This document shows positions 9,377 through 20,615 of a stretch of DNA of 64,000 nt, piece by piece; the first letter of the stretch is position 1; every line of letters starts with the position of its first letter. The notes beneath the pieces were generated by a model. The model was not told where the DNA came from and ran no database searches. It worked only from the letters and a program-made list of their open reading frames with translations. This DNA is from an uncultured Lentisphaerales bacterium (GTDB lineage: Bacteria > Verrucomicrobiota > Kiritimatiellia > RFP12 > JAAYLN01): contig CAZIUM010000001.1 of the NCBI GenBank assembly GCA_964542285.1, positions 2,751-66,750 of the forward strand. Reading direction: 5' to 3'. The translations under genes and the position numbers were made by a program.

Positions 9377-11541
9377 ACGATCCGGTTTCGCTTCGAACCG
9401 ATGAGACGAAGAGGACCGACCGTCGGCGCTGGTGTTTCTTTCGCGCCGGCGGACTGGAACAAGTGCGCCTTCGCAACGGCAGTGACCTTGCGAACCTTGC
9501 GCGGCTGGACCCCAAGTTGTGGGTGATTCTGAGCTGCCCCCTCAAGGGCGTGCGTTTCGACGCCCGCACTCTCGAACTACTGGATTCCGATTCCGACGGG
9601 AGGATTCGCGTGCCGGAACTGCTGGAGGGAATCCGCTGGATTTGCCGGCGCCTGCGCGATCCCGATATTCTCATGGCGGGGGCGGAGGAAGTCCGCCTGG
9701 AGGACCTGGCCGCCGACAATCCCGAGGGCGCGGTGCTGCTCGACACGGCCAAGCGCATGCTGGACGACATCGGAAAGTCCGAAGCCCGTGCGTTTGGACT
9801 GGGCGAGTTGGCGGCCCGACGCGCCAATTTCGCCCGGACTCCCTTCAATGGCGATGGCGTTATCACGCCGGATTCGGCCCGCGACGGGGAGACCGCGGCC
9901 CTGATCTCCGAAATCGTCGCCTGCATGGGGGGCAAGCCGGACCGCTGTGGAACCCAGGGCATCGACCAACACGACCTTGACGCTTTCTATGCCGCCGTGC
10001 GGGAGCATGTCGCCTGGCGGGCACGGGCCGACGAGGACCCCGCCCTGCGTCCCCTCGAGGACGCCACCCCCGATGCCGTTCGGGCCCTGGATGCCGTGGC
10101 CTCGAAGGTCGAGGACTATTTCATGCGTTGCCGCCTGGCGGCCTTCGACGCTCGTGCCGCGGGACCGCTCAATCGCGGGGAAGAGGACTACGCCGCCCTG
10201 GCGGCGCTGGAACTGGGGGCCGATCATGCGGCCATCGCGGAATTGCCGCTTGCCCGGGTGGAGGCCCACGGTCTGCTGCCTTTGCGAGACGCCGTGAATC
10301 CCGCCTGGGCGGACCGGCTGAACGCCTTGGCCGACAAGGTGGTGACGCCGCTGCTGGGAGCGGATGTCGATTGCATTTCCGAGTCGCAATGGGCGGAGGT
10401 CAAATCCGGCCTGGCCCCCTACAAGAACTGGATTGCGGAGCAGTCCGGCGCGGTCGTCGCGCCGCTGGGAATCGCGCGCCTGCGAGCCATTCTGGCTGGC
10501 CCCGGGCACGAAAAGATCGCTGCCCTGATCGAGCGGGATGCCGCCTTTGCGGCCGAAAACGAACGTCTGCTGGATATCGAGAAACTGGTGCGCTACCATT
10601 GTCATCTTGTGCGCCTGGCGCACAATTACGCCAACTTCGCCGATTTTTACGATCCGGATCGCGAAGCCATTTTTCGCTGCGGTGCGCTGTACATCGACGG
10701 ACGCCGCTGCGCCCTCTGTTTGCATGTCGACGACATGGCGCGGCATGCCCTGCTGGCTACCGCGGGAAAAATCTTTCTGGCCTATTGCGAAATCACCCGT
10801 CCCGTGACCCAGGAAAAGCGCAGGATTTGCGCCGCCATCACCGCCGGGTTCGCCGAGTCGCTCTGGGTGGGACGCAACGGCATCTTTTTCGATCGCGATG
10901 GGCACGATTGGGACGCGGTGATCGTCAAGGTCTGCGAAAATCCCATCAGCCTGAAGGAAGCCTTCTGGTCTCCCTGGCGCAAGATCGCCGCCATGATCGG
11001 CGAACAGGTGCGCAAGCTGCTGACCGCGCGGCAGGACGCCATTTTCAGTGCCACCGCGACCCAGTTGGACCAGGCCGGAACGGCGGCCGCGGCCGGCAAG
11101 CCGTCACCGGCCTCGACGCGCATGGAAGGCGCGGCGCTGGCCTCGTCCGTGGCGGCCATCGGCATTGCCGTGGGACTGGTCGGTTCGGCGGTCGGAGGGC
11201 TCATCGGCATCGTGAGCGGCCTGCCGCTCTGGAAGTCGTTGCTGGGAGTATTACTGATCATGCTGGCGGTTTCGGGGCCCTCGGTGATCCTGGCGTATTT
11301 CAAATTGCACGCCCGCGACCTGGCGCCGGTGCTGAATGCCAGCGGCTGGGCAGTCAACGGCCGCATTCTGATGACCATGCGGCTGGGTCGGGTGCTCACC
11401 AGCGAAGCCCACATTCCGTTCGGTTCCGAACGCGAGTTTCGGGACCCCTATGCCGAGAGCCGCCGCGTCTGGTATTGGGCGCCGATCCTCGTTGTGACGG
11501 GACTGATCCTCTGGTGGTACCGCTTTCGCGGCTGGCTCTGA
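9373..11541 (+). CDS. hypothetical membrane protein with an EF-hand-like loop (DSDSDGRIRVPEL) and two C-terminal TM helices
   Basis: The MNDPVSL start overlaps the HIT stop (ATGA). Codon usage and amino-acid composition look protein-like. C-terminal hydrophobic segments AAIGIAVGLVGSAVGGLIGIVSGL...LLIMLAVSGPSVILAYF and WYWAPILVVTGLILWWY. No family recognised. Confidence 0.5.
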   Translation: MNDPVSLRTDETKRTDRRRWCFFRAGGLEQVRLRNGSDLANLARLDPKLWVILSCPLKGVRFDARTLELLDSDSDGRIRVPELLEGIRWICRRLRDPDILMAGAEEVRLEDLAADNPEGAVLLDTAKRMLDDIGKSEARAFGLGELAARRANFARTPFNGDGVITPDSARDGETAALISEIVACMGGKPDRCGTQGIDQHDLDAFYAAVREHVAWRARADEDPALRPLEDATPDAVRALDAVASKVEDYFMRCRLAAFDARAAGPLNRGEEDYAALAALELGADHAAIAELPLARVEAHGLLPLRDAVNPAWADRLNALADKVVTPLLGADVDCISESQWAEVKSGLAPYKNWIAEQSGAVVAPLGIARLRAILAGPGHEKIAALIERDAAFAAENERLLDIEKLVRYHCHLVRLAHNYANFADFYDPDREAIFRCGALYIDGRRCALCLHVDDMARHALLATAGKIFLAYCEITRPVTQEKRRICAAITAGFAESLWVGRNGIFFDRDGHDWDAVIVKVCENPISLKEAFWSPWRKIAAMIGEQVRKLLTARQDAIFSATATQLDQAGTAAAAGKPSPASTRMEGAALASSVAAIGIAVGLVGSAVGGLIGIVSGLPLWKSLLGVLLIMLAVSGPSVILAYFKLHARDLAPVLNASGWAVNGRILMTMRLGRVLTSEAHIPFGSEREFRDPYAESRRVWYWAPILVVTGLILWWYRFRGWL

Positions 11542-12067
11542 TTTTTCGATTGCGCCGAATGGAAATCCCTTCCAGCCGCAGCAGCCGGGCCTTCATGTCC
11601 TTTGGCCCGCTGAAGCCTCCGAGGCTTCCATCGGCTTTAATGATGCGGTGGCAGGGAACGATCAGCGGCAGGGGATTGGCCGCCAGGGCCTGGCCGACGG
11701 CCCGCGCGGCGCGCGGATGGCCAATGGCCGCCGCCAGTTGCCCGTAACTGACGACCTGTCCCCAGGGAAGGTCATGGGCGCCGGACCAGACGGCACGCGC
11801 AAAGGGGGAGGCGTCGGCAAAATCGACCAGGTCAAGGGAAGGATGGGCGGCTTTTCCCCCCAGCATGGAACGCAACTGTGCCGCCAGCGCTGCGATGGGA
11901 GCGGGGGGGGCTTCCACGCAGGCGGCGACCGGGAGTGTTCCGATGGAAGACGGGCGCGACCACTCCAGCCGCAACACGCGCGGTTGGCCGTTTCGCCGGT
12001 GCCAGACAATCGCCAGGGGATCGAATCCCGGGGCGTTTAACGGCGTGCAATGGGTTTTCACATTCAC
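11396..12067 (-). CDS. ogt: methylated-DNA--protein-cysteine methyltransferase
   Basis: LIVPCHRIIKADGSLGGF (PCHR active site) preceded by the HTH; a roughly 50-aa basic low-complexity C-terminal tail overlaps the convergent gene. Confidence 0.8.
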   Translation of the reverse strand: MNVKTHCTPLNAPGFDPLAIVWHRRNGQPRVLRLEWSRPSSIGTLPVAACVEAPPAPIAALAAQLRSMLGGKAAHPSLDLVDFADASPFARAVWSGAHDLPWGQVVSYGQLAAAIGHPRAARAVGQALAANPLPLIVPCHRIIKADGSLGGFSGPKDMKARLLRLEGISIRRNRKIRASRESGTTRGSVPSQRGSAPNTRRGGSRHRGPETRVRNRTECGLRW

Positions 12068-12839
12068 AGCCTGGGGATGTTCATGCCGCCGTCCGCGCAG
12101 GCCACCTGCCCGGTGGCATAGGCGAAATCCCCGCGCGCGAAGGCCGCCACGATGCGTCCGACGTCCTCGGGTTGTCCCCAGCGTCCCTGTGGAACCAGAC
12201 CCTCCGCGATGCGTCGGTCGTACTTATCTTTGACTCCGGCGGTCATGTCGGTTGCAACGATTCCGGGCCGCACCTCATACACCCCGATGCCGGTGTTGGC
12301 CAGGCGGACGGCCCACAGGCGCGTGGCCATGGCCACGCCCGCTTTGGAAATGCAGTATTCGCCGCGCTCGATCGAGGCCATTTCGGCTGAAACCGAGGAA
12401 ATGTTGATGATGCAACCCTTGAACCCCGCGTCCCGCACCCGTTGTTCCAGCATCCAGTTCGCCACGGATTGCGTCAGGAAATAGGGTCCTTGCAGGTTTG
12501 TGCGCAGCACTTCCTCGAAGCTTTCCTCGGTGGCCGACAACAGGTCGCGACGTTGCCGCGGCGCCATGCCGGCATTGTTGACCAGCACATGCAGCCTTTC
12601 GAAACGCGATTTGAGGGTTTCAACCAGGGCGTGCCGCTGCCGTCGGTCGGACACGTCACAAACTCCGTAGGCGACGTCTACGCCACGACGACGCAGGGCT
12701 TCCAGTGCCGGTGCGCATTCCTTCTCCGGGCGTCGTCCGGCCAGGAACAGGTCGAATCCCTCCGCCGCCAGCGCCTGGGCGCAGCCCAGGCCGATGCCAC
12801 GCGTGCCGCCGGTTACCAGGGCCACCCTGCGCCGTTCGC

Positions 12840-12843
<4 letters not shown>
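12064..12843 (-). CDS. SDR family oxidoreductase
   Basis: MSERRRVALVTGGTRGIGLG (TGxxxGIG) and the YxxxK catalytic site (EYCISKAGV); start overlaps the upstream stop (ATGA). Confidence 0.8.
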
Positions 12844-14000
<1,157 letters not shown>

Positions 14001-14028
14001 TACGGGATTCCTTTCGTCGTGTGTTGGC

Positions 14029-14496
14029 TCAATGGGGGGCTCCGTCGTCGGCGGGCTGGTCAACGCATTGCGGGAATTGCGTTCCCTCCGGCAAGGGGGG
14101 GGCGTCCTCGCCGGCGCGGGGCAGGGTCCCGTCCAGTTCCTGGCGCCAGTGGGCCACATCTCCGGCGGGACCGTAGATGTAGATCATCCTGCAGGGACGG
14201 TCTCCCAGGTTGCTGAGCTGGTGAAAAGTGCCCGGCGGGATGTAGACGGCCTGTCCCGCACTCAGCTCGCGTCGTTCGTTGCCCAGGCACATTTCGGCAC
14301 GGCCCTCGACGATGAAGTACACCTCTTCCTGCTCCTGGTTGTGCCAGGGCACCTGGCCGCCGTGCGGCTCGAGTGTCACCAGCCCGCTGCTGAAGGCGCC
14401 GGCCTGGATCGGTGCGGCGCCACCGACGAGGTTCTGCGTGCGACGCCGCGCGGGGTACACCCGGCCGGGCAATTTCGACAAATCGGTAATGGTCAT
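14029..14496 (-). CDS. cupin domain protein
   Basis: MTITDLSKL... two cupin His-containing motifs (GLVTLEPHGGQVPWHNQ...EEVYFIVEGRAEM...YIPPGTFHQ). Internal start with a GAGGA RBS. Confidence 0.7.
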   Translation of the reverse strand: MTITDLSKLPGRVYPARRRTQNLVGGAAPIQAGAFSSGLVTLEPHGGQVPWHNQEQEEVYFIVEGRAEMCLGNERRELSAGQAVYIPPGTFHQLSNLGDRPCRMIYIYGPAGDVAHWRQELDGTLPRAGEDAPPLPEGTQFPQCVDQPADDGAPH

Positions 14497-14531
14497 GCTG
14501 TCCTCGTTTCCTTGGTTTGGCCTCGTCGGTC

Positions 14532-17500
14532 TCAAGCGCGTCGCCACAATTTTCCGCCGCCCAGCCATCCCTGGGGCTGGGCGGGCCGGTGCAGGGCATG
14601 GCGGTTGCCGGCGGTTCCGCTTGCGATCAGCTCGAATTCGTTTTTCCCGGACTTCAGGGGCGGCAGTTGCCATTGCCAGGGAGCCCAGGCGCGTCTCCCC
14701 GCGGACCGGCCGTTAACCCGGCACTCGGCGGAATCGACGACGTCGTCCAGTTCCAGCACCCAGCCTTCGGAGGCGCCTTCCGGAATCGCAATCCGCTCGC
14801 TCCAGCGGTAGCGGCCGCGTCCCATGTAATGCGGCAACCCGGCGGCCTGCCATCCGCGGAGGTCCGCGAGATGCGCCGCGGGCGTCAGTCGGGTGTGTCC
14901 GCCGTCGGTTTCGACGTTGAAGTCTCCTTCAAGATACAATTCGCTCAGAAGTCCGTCAAGAGGACTGGTGAGCCGGAAGGTGACGACGAGCTGGTTGATC
15001 CCTTGTTTGAGATGGCGTTTCAACGGCAGGCGCCGGGGCTGGGTGTCCTGCAGAGGCAGGAGAACCTGTTGTCGCACGAGGGCGCCGTTGATCTCGATCC
15101 GGGCCTGTCCGCGACCGCAACGCGGGTCGAGCACCAGCCGGGGCGCCACGGTCTTCCCCGCGATTTCGAACTCGAACCGGTAGGCGATCGTGTCCGTGGC
15201 GGGAAGCCCGTCAAGCGGCATGGGGCCCATGAACGTGCCAAGAGTGCGTTGGCTGCGGTAATCGTCAAAACATTGCCAATACGGCTGGGGATATTCCAGC
15301 GCCAGGGGGTCGGAGCGATCGGGACGGCTCACCAGGGTGGAGGTCAGGCGGGCGCAATTGACATCCAACCGCCGGAAATTCAACCCTTCCAACGAAAGCG
15401 TCTTCACCGTCTGGGCGCCGGGACCGGAACGTGACGGCGCGGCTTCGACGGGAACGGACTGGAAGAGCCCGCATCCGCCGGGAGGAACCTGCCAGGTTGT
15501 GCGGAGACCGGTGCGTTCCACCGGGCCGTCGACCTCCAGTCCCTGCCAGCACGTCTTCTCGTCCGTGGGGCGTAGCTGGACCTTGCCGGGCTTGTCCGCC
15601 AGGTTGACCGCCAACAGGCAATCGTTGCCGTCGGTATCGAGAAAGCGGCGCACAAAGCAATCCTCGGCATCGCGTCCGGTCAGGCGCGCCTGCGCCGGCA
15701 GTTCGCGTCGGCACCAGGCCAGGGAGGGCCAGGCTTCGCGCCGGCATTCCCCGGGACGGTGGGACAGGGGACGCAGCGTGCCGTCCGCGGCGAGCATGTG
15801 ACGCGCGCCGCGGCCGAAATGGACCACGCGTCCCCCTTGTTGCGCCATCCGCTCCAGTGCTTCGATCGACCTCTGCCCGATCGCATCCATGTCCGGCACC
15901 AGCAGGGTCGAGTAGCGGCGTCGTCCCACCGTCAGGCAGCCATCGTTGACCTGCGCGGCGGCAAATTCGCTTTCATCGACCACCTGCACGCCGACATGCG
16001 CCTTGAGCACATTGAGGAGGGTTTGCCAGAGCGACGTGCGCATTTTCTTCTGGCGATCTCCGACGGCCTGTCCGCCGCCGGTCATCCAATGGGAATACAG
16101 GCTGTTCAGGATGGCGACCGGGGCCTGCTCGACCGCGCCGTCCATGCGTTGTTCGATCCTCTTGAGCCACGCGTTCAGTTCGCACATGCCGGCAAAAACG
16201 GAATTTTTGGGACCATAATCCGGCGGGGCTTCGTAGCGTTGCACCCCCTCGGATGCGCTGTAGAATCCATGGAAGAAAAAGCGATCGATGCCCAACACCT
16301 TCTGCCAGGCAAGAATCTTGCGGGACAAACGGGTGGTGGCCGTCCAGTCGGACAGCGCCAGCGTTTCACTGAAGCACCAGGAGGTCTCGTAGCGGGAACG
16401 CAGGGACGCAGCGCGCACACTGCCCAGGTTCAGTGTCGGCGACCGGGCGTCTCCCACAAGCGGGATGATGATGTCGGTGCCCGGATGGGTCATGGTCCGC
16501 ATGATCGGCATGACCGATTGGAGGCTCATGGCCTCGGCGATCGGATCGTCCTCGGGTGAAAAATGCCCGACCAGCCGCAGCCCGACACTGTCGCAATAGG
16601 CACGGTAGGGCCGTACAAAGGCATCGAGAAACCGACGTGAAACCCAGCCACGATAATCCAGGCGGGTCTGGGCATCGAGTTCGTCCAGCGGCGCTCCGAA
16701 CAAGCGTGGCAAGCGCCGGCGCAGGTCATAGCCATGTTGGGCGACAAACTCGCGCCACAGGTCCGGGGTGACGGGCCAACCGCCATGGGGCTTGGCTTCA
16801 TCGGTGAAAATTCCCGGGATGGTGCGGCCGTAATGCCTGCCCACCGTGTGGGTGTATCGGTCCAGAATCAAGGCGCGGAAACGCTCAAACGCCGCCGGGT
16901 TCAACAAATCCGGCAAGCTTCCCCACGGGCCGTCGATGCCGGGTCTGACCAGCGTGACGGCGCCCAGCCGGAATCCCTTGGGAATGGCGGGAACCCGCAA
17001 CGAGTACCATAAATGCACGGCGCTGCCCCGGGGACAATCGACAAAGGGCGTTTCGTCATAATAATAGCGGCTGTCCCATGGGCACATGAACCACTCGCTT
17101 CGGACCGGGCCCACCTGGTCCGTCAGGTCCCGCATGCGGCGGGGCGCCCGTTCGGAAACCAATCCCGCCCAAAGGACCGGTGTTTCGGCAATGCGCCAGA
17201 GCGCCCCCGGATCGAGGGAGGGTGGGCATTCGACCCAGGCCATGGTATGGGCCTGGAGTTCGGGGTGCTCGGCCATAACCAGTCCGCCGCCGGCCCCGCT
17301 CGGGAAAGGGTCTTCGTCGTACAACCACAGGTCCATGCCGAGGCGTCGGCCCTCTTCGACCAGCGCCGCGACCATGTCGAACCATTCGGTCGAAGCGTAG
17401 GGCACCAGGTTGCCCGCCCGGGGGTGCATCGCCATGGCCTCGTATCCGCCGCGATGACATTGACGCAGGTATTCGATCTTTTCCGTCACGCTGGAGGCGT

Positions 17501-17570
17501 CGTTCAGCATCCAGAAGGGGATCGCGCCGGGACGGACGGGTTTAAGGGACGGAGGTTGTTTTGTGGGCAT
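14532..17570 (-). CDS. large (about 1010 aa) putative glycoside hydrolase, family not resolved
   Basis: N-terminal PFWMLNDASS...DLWLYDEDPFPSGAGGG is reminiscent of GH catalytic-barrel N-termini; the C-terminus is like GH2-type sugar-binding/beta-sandwich domains. No signal peptide. Start 17570 (ATG with an AAAAGG RBS) avoids overlap with copA. Confidence 0.5.
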   Translation of the reverse strand: MPTKQPPSLKPVRPGAIPFWMLNDASSVTEKIEYLRQCHRGGYEAMAMHPRAGNLVPYASTEWFDMVAALVEEGRRLGMDLWLYDEDPFPSGAGGGLVMAEHPELQAHTMAWVECPPSLDPGALWRIAETPVLWAGLVSERAPRRMRDLTDQVGPVRSEWFMCPWDSRYYYDETPFVDCPRGSAVHLWYSLRVPAIPKGFRLGAVTLVRPGIDGPWGSLPDLLNPAAFERFRALILDRYTHTVGRHYGRTIPGIFTDEAKPHGGWPVTPDLWREFVAQHGYDLRRRLPRLFGAPLDELDAQTRLDYRGWVSRRFLDAFVRPYRAYCDSVGLRLVGHFSPEDDPIAEAMSLQSVMPIMRTMTHPGTDIIIPLVGDARSPTLNLGSVRAASLRSRYETSWCFSETLALSDWTATTRLSRKILAWQKVLGIDRFFFHGFYSASEGVQRYEAPPDYGPKNSVFAGMCELNAWLKRIEQRMDGAVEQAPVAILNSLYSHWMTGGGQAVGDRQKKMRTSLWQTLLNVLKAHVGVQVVDESEFAAAQVNDGCLTVGRRRYSTLLVPDMDAIGQRSIEALERMAQQGGRVVHFGRGARHMLAADGTLRPLSHRPGECRREAWPSLAWCRRELPAQARLTGRDAEDCFVRRFLDTDGNDCLLAVNLADKPGKVQLRPTDEKTCWQGLEVDGPVERTGLRTTWQVPPGGCGLFQSVPVEAAPSRSGPGAQTVKTLSLEGLNFRRLDVNCARLTSTLVSRPDRSDPLALEYPQPYWQCFDDYRSQRTLGTFMGPMPLDGLPATDTIAYRFEFEIAGKTVAPRLVLDPRCGRGQARIEINGALVRQQVLLPLQDTQPRRLPLKRHLKQGINQLVVTFRLTSPLDGLLSELYLEGDFNVETDGGHTRLTPAAHLADLRGWQAAGLPHYMGRGRYRWSERIAIPEGASEGWVLELDDVVDSAECRVNGRSAGRRAWAPWQWQLPPLKSGKNEFELIASGTAGNRHALHRPAQPQGWLGGGKLWRRA

Positions 17571-17613
17571 GCTTGAACCTTTTCTGTTGCTTAAATCGGG
17601 TTCTATACTGCAA

Positions 17614-19887
17614 TTATTCCGCACCGCGGGTCAACTTAACACGTCGCAGCAGCAGGGCGTTGCCGATGACCGTTACGTCCGACAACGCCATGGCGCCGGC
17701 CGCAATCATGGGATTGAGCAGTCCCAGCGCCGCCAGGGGAATCGCCAGCACATTGTAGAAAAAGGCGAAGAACAGATTCTGCCGGATTTTGCGCATGGTG
17801 GCGCGCGAGAGTCCGATGGCCGCCGCGATCCCCCGCAGGCTGCCGCCCACCAGCACGATGCCGCCGGTTTCCTTGGCAATGTCGGAGCCGCCCCCCATGG
17901 CAATGCCCAGGTCGGCCTGGGCCAGCGCAGGCGCATCGTTGATGCCATCGCCGACCATCGCGACGCGGCGCCCGCCGCGTTGCAGATTCTTGATCGCTTC
18001 CGCCTTGCCCCCCGGCGGCACCTCGGCATGAATATCGTCGATTCCCGCTTCCCGGGCCACCGTCTCCGCCACGGCGCGACTGTCTCCCGTGATCAGTGCG
18101 ACCTCCAGACCCAGGTCGCGCAACGCCGCGATGGCCGCCTTGGAGTCGCTCTTGATGGCGTCGCTGACCACGATGCTTCCGAGGTATTTCGGTGTCCCCC
18201 GCGGATTGAGAGCGGCAACATGGATGCCGGTGCCGGAAGGTCCCGCCAACAGATCCGCGGAGACACCATGCCCGGCCAGCCAGGAGGCGTTGCCCACCAG
18301 CAAATGGCGTCCTCCGACGTTGGCCTGCACGCCCTGGCCCGGTTCGTTGCGGAATTCCTCCGCGGAATCGAGTGACACTCCGCGCTGTTCCGCATGCATG
18401 ACGACGGCCTGTGCCAGGGGGTGTTCGCTGTAGCGTTCGACCGAGGCCGCCAGGCGCAACAGGGTGTCGGGCTCGGTTGCGCCATGAGGTCGCAATGCGG
18501 ACACCATTGGACGTCCTTCCGTTACGGTGCCGGTTTTGTCCAACGCCACCAGATCGAGTTTCTCGGCGCTTTGCAAGGCATCAATGTCCCGCATCAGAAT
18601 TCCCATGCGCGCGGCCCGTCCCGTACCGACCATCAGCGCGGCGGGGACGGCCAGTCCCAGGGCGCAGGGGCAGGCAATGATCAGCACGCTGCACACCGCG
18701 ACGGCGATCTGTCCCCATCGCTGGGCGGGATCCGCGCTGCCCCACAGCCACCAGCCGATTCCCGTGGCGAGGGCGATCATCAAAACCGAAGGCACGAAAA
18801 CGGCGGCCACGCGGTCGGCAAGTCGCTGTATGGCTGGACGCGAGGCCTGGGCATTCTCCACCAGCTTGACAATCCGGGCCAGCGCCGTGTCGGCACCGGT
18901 GCGCGTTACACGAATCGCCAGGCGCCCGTCGACGTTCTGTGTTCCGCCGATGACGGTGTCGCCTTTTGCGCGGCTGACCGGCAACGATTCTCCGGTCAGC
19001 ATGGCTTCGTCCACGTCCGAGGTGCCGTCCATGACTTCTCCGTCGATCGGCACGCGGTCTCCGGGGCGGACCAGAACCAGATCGCCCACCTCCAATTCCA
19101 CGACCGGGACCGTTTCCAATTGTCCTGACTCGGGATCGTTGCCCGGCAGGCGTTGCGCCGTGGCGGGGGTCAATTGCAGCAGCTCGTGAATGGCCCGGCC
19201 GGCGCTGCGCCGCGCGCGTGCCTCCATCCAATGCCCCAGGCTAATCAGTGCCAGCAATCCCGCGGCTTCCATGAAATACAGGTCGGGCAGTTTACCCCAT
19301 GCCCCGGTTTCATACCCAACCCAGGCCACCAGACTGTAGCCATAGGCGACACTGGCCCCCATGGCGATCAGGGTGTCCATGTTGCTCGTAAAGCGCTTGA
19401 GTGCCCGCCATGCGCTGCGATAAAAACCGCCCCCCACCAGCAGGATCGCCAACGTGCCGGAGCAGGCGGACAACCATGTCATCCAGTTGCTGTCCGCGCG
19501 ATCCGCGTGTCCGGCGCCGGTCCACACCAGAATCCAGTGCAGGAGCTCCACCGGGCCCCACAGCACGGCCCCGATCAAGGCGCGCCGGCCCCAGGCCCTC
19601 GTTTCCCGGCGTTGACGTTCAACCCGGTCCGTTTCCCGAACCGCGGCGTCCAGGTCGTCGGGCAGCACCTGGGCGGGATATCCGGCCTCGGTCACGGCCC
19701 GCGCCACCTGTTCCGGCCGAACGTGCGTCGGATCGTATTGAAACCGGGCGCGACCAAGCGTCAATTGCACCTCGCAGGCGCCGACCCCCGGCACCGTCAG
19801 CGCCGCCTTGCGCACGTGCTCCTGGCAACTGGCGCAATCCATGCCGTCCACGGAGAGAAGAGCTTCCTTGACTGTTTTGGTTTGCAT
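17614..19887 (-). CDS. copA: copper-translocating P-type ATPase
   Basis: N-terminal HMA domain (GMDCASC); CPC motif in TM6 (IACPCALGLA); DKTGT phosphorylation site; GDGINDAP hinge. Confidence 0.9.
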   Translation of the reverse strand: MQTKTVKEALLSVDGMDCASCQEHVRKAALTVPGVGACEVQLTLGRARFQYDPTHVRPEQVARAVTEAGYPAQVLPDDLDAAVRETDRVERQRRETRAWGRRALIGAVLWGPVELLHWILVWTGAGHADRADSNWMTWLSACSGTLAILLVGGGFYRSAWRALKRFTSNMDTLIAMGASVAYGYSLVAWVGYETGAWGKLPDLYFMEAAGLLALISLGHWMEARARRSAGRAIHELLQLTPATAQRLPGNDPESGQLETVPVVELEVGDLVLVRPGDRVPIDGEVMDGTSDVDEAMLTGESLPVSRAKGDTVIGGTQNVDGRLAIRVTRTGADTALARIVKLVENAQASRPAIQRLADRVAAVFVPSVLMIALATGIGWWLWGSADPAQRWGQIAVAVCSVLIIACPCALGLAVPAALMVGTGRAARMGILMRDIDALQSAEKLDLVALDKTGTVTEGRPMVSALRPHGATEPDTLLRLAASVERYSEHPLAQAVVMHAEQRGVSLDSAEEFRNEPGQGVQANVGGRHLLVGNASWLAGHGVSADLLAGPSGTGIHVAALNPRGTPKYLGSIVVSDAIKSDSKAAIAALRDLGLEVALITGDSRAVAETVAREAGIDDIHAEVPPGGKAEAIKNLQRGGRRVAMVGDGINDAPALAQADLGIAMGGGSDIAKETGGIVLVGGSLRGIAAAIGLSRATMRKIRQNLFFAFFYNVLAIPLAALGLLNPMIAAGAMALSDVTVIGNALLLRRVKLTRGAE

Positions 19888-20026
19888 GCGCGTTTCCTGT
19901 CGATCTGTTCCAAATGCCGTGTTCCCCGGGCGTAATAATGATTGCCACGGTTTGTCGTTCGATGTTTAATAAGGGTGTTGGATGTTTGGCGCCCCGCGAT
20001 TGCGGGGTTGTCCCCGGATGGCCGTT

Positions 20027-20039
20027 GACGGAGTCCGTC
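20027..20039. promoter_or_regulatory. palindrome GACGGA-G-TCCGTC upstream of uspA
   Basis: Perfect 6-1-6 inverted repeat about 42 nt upstream of the uspA ATG, in the copA/uspA divergent region. Confidence 0.25.
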
Positions 20040-20080
20040 ACGGTCCAAACGACAGCGCATACAGTATAAGGGAGAGAATC

Positions 20081-20554
20081 ATGAATATCAACGTGGCGAA
20101 CATCTTGTGTCCGGTGGATTTCTCGGAAACATCGGACCTGGCGACGCGATATGCCGTCTCCATGGCGCAATCGTTTCATGCCCGCATGACCCTGCTGCAT
20201 GTGGTGGCGCCCCCGCTGGCCGCCCTGCCCGGGGAAGCCGGCATTCTGGCCGTGCCCCAGGCCGACATCAATGAAATCGCCGAGGCCTGTCGCGAACGTC
20301 TCGAGAAAGTGGTTGGGACACTGGAAGCGGCCGGGATCGAACTTCAATACAAGGTGGTCAGCGGCGTGCCGTTCCTGGAAATTGTGCGTTTCTCGCGAGA
20401 GCATGATTTCGATTTGATTGTCATGGGCTCCCATGGCCGTTCGGGGCTGGGGCACCTGCTGATCGGCAGTGTGGCGGAGCGGGTGGTCCGTAAGGCGCCA
20501 TGCCCCGTGCTGACCGTAAAGGACCGCAAACAAGTGTCCGAATCGGCTTCTTGA
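20081..20554 (+). CDS. universal stress protein (UspA family)
   Basis: MNINVANILCPVDFSETS...IVMGSHGRSGLGHLLIGSVAERVVRKAPCPVL; GGGAGAG RBS 7 nt upstream. Confidence 0.8.
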   Translation: MNINVANILCPVDFSETSDLATRYAVSMAQSFHARMTLLHVVAPPLAALPGEAGILAVPQADINEIAEACRERLEKVVGTLEAAGIELQYKVVSGVPFLEIVRFSREHDFDLIVMGSHGRSGLGHLLIGSVAERVVRKAPCPVLTVKDRKQVSESAS

Positions 20555-20587
20555 GGATTCCTGAGGTCCGTGTTCTGGTAAGCGCAT

Positions 20588-20615
20588 CCGGCGTTCTTTA
20601 TGCCGGCGTTCTTTA
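20588..20615 (+). repeat. tandem direct repeat CCGGCGTTCTTTA x2 (2-nt spacer) abutting a TTGACG -35-like element
   Basis: Units at 20588-20600 and 20603-20615, followed by TTGACGCAACGAAAGGTTGTCGCTACCTTAAT upstream of the aminotransferase gene. Confidence 0.3.

Noticed and set aside
10128-11747. 539-aa alternative-frame ORF (Arg/Gly-rich) overlapping the EF-hand protein gene, and the analogous 34685..36277 frame over the NSS transporter
   Set aside because: Same-strand +1/+2 frames with extreme Arg/Gly/Pro content; the annotated frames carry the recognisable motifs (GLGNIWRFPY etc.).
17571-17624. Longer N-terminal extension of the GH-like gene (first in-frame start at 17624 is GTG)
   Set aside because: It would overlap the copA stop region and lacks an RBS; the ATG at 17570 has an AAAAGG RBS.
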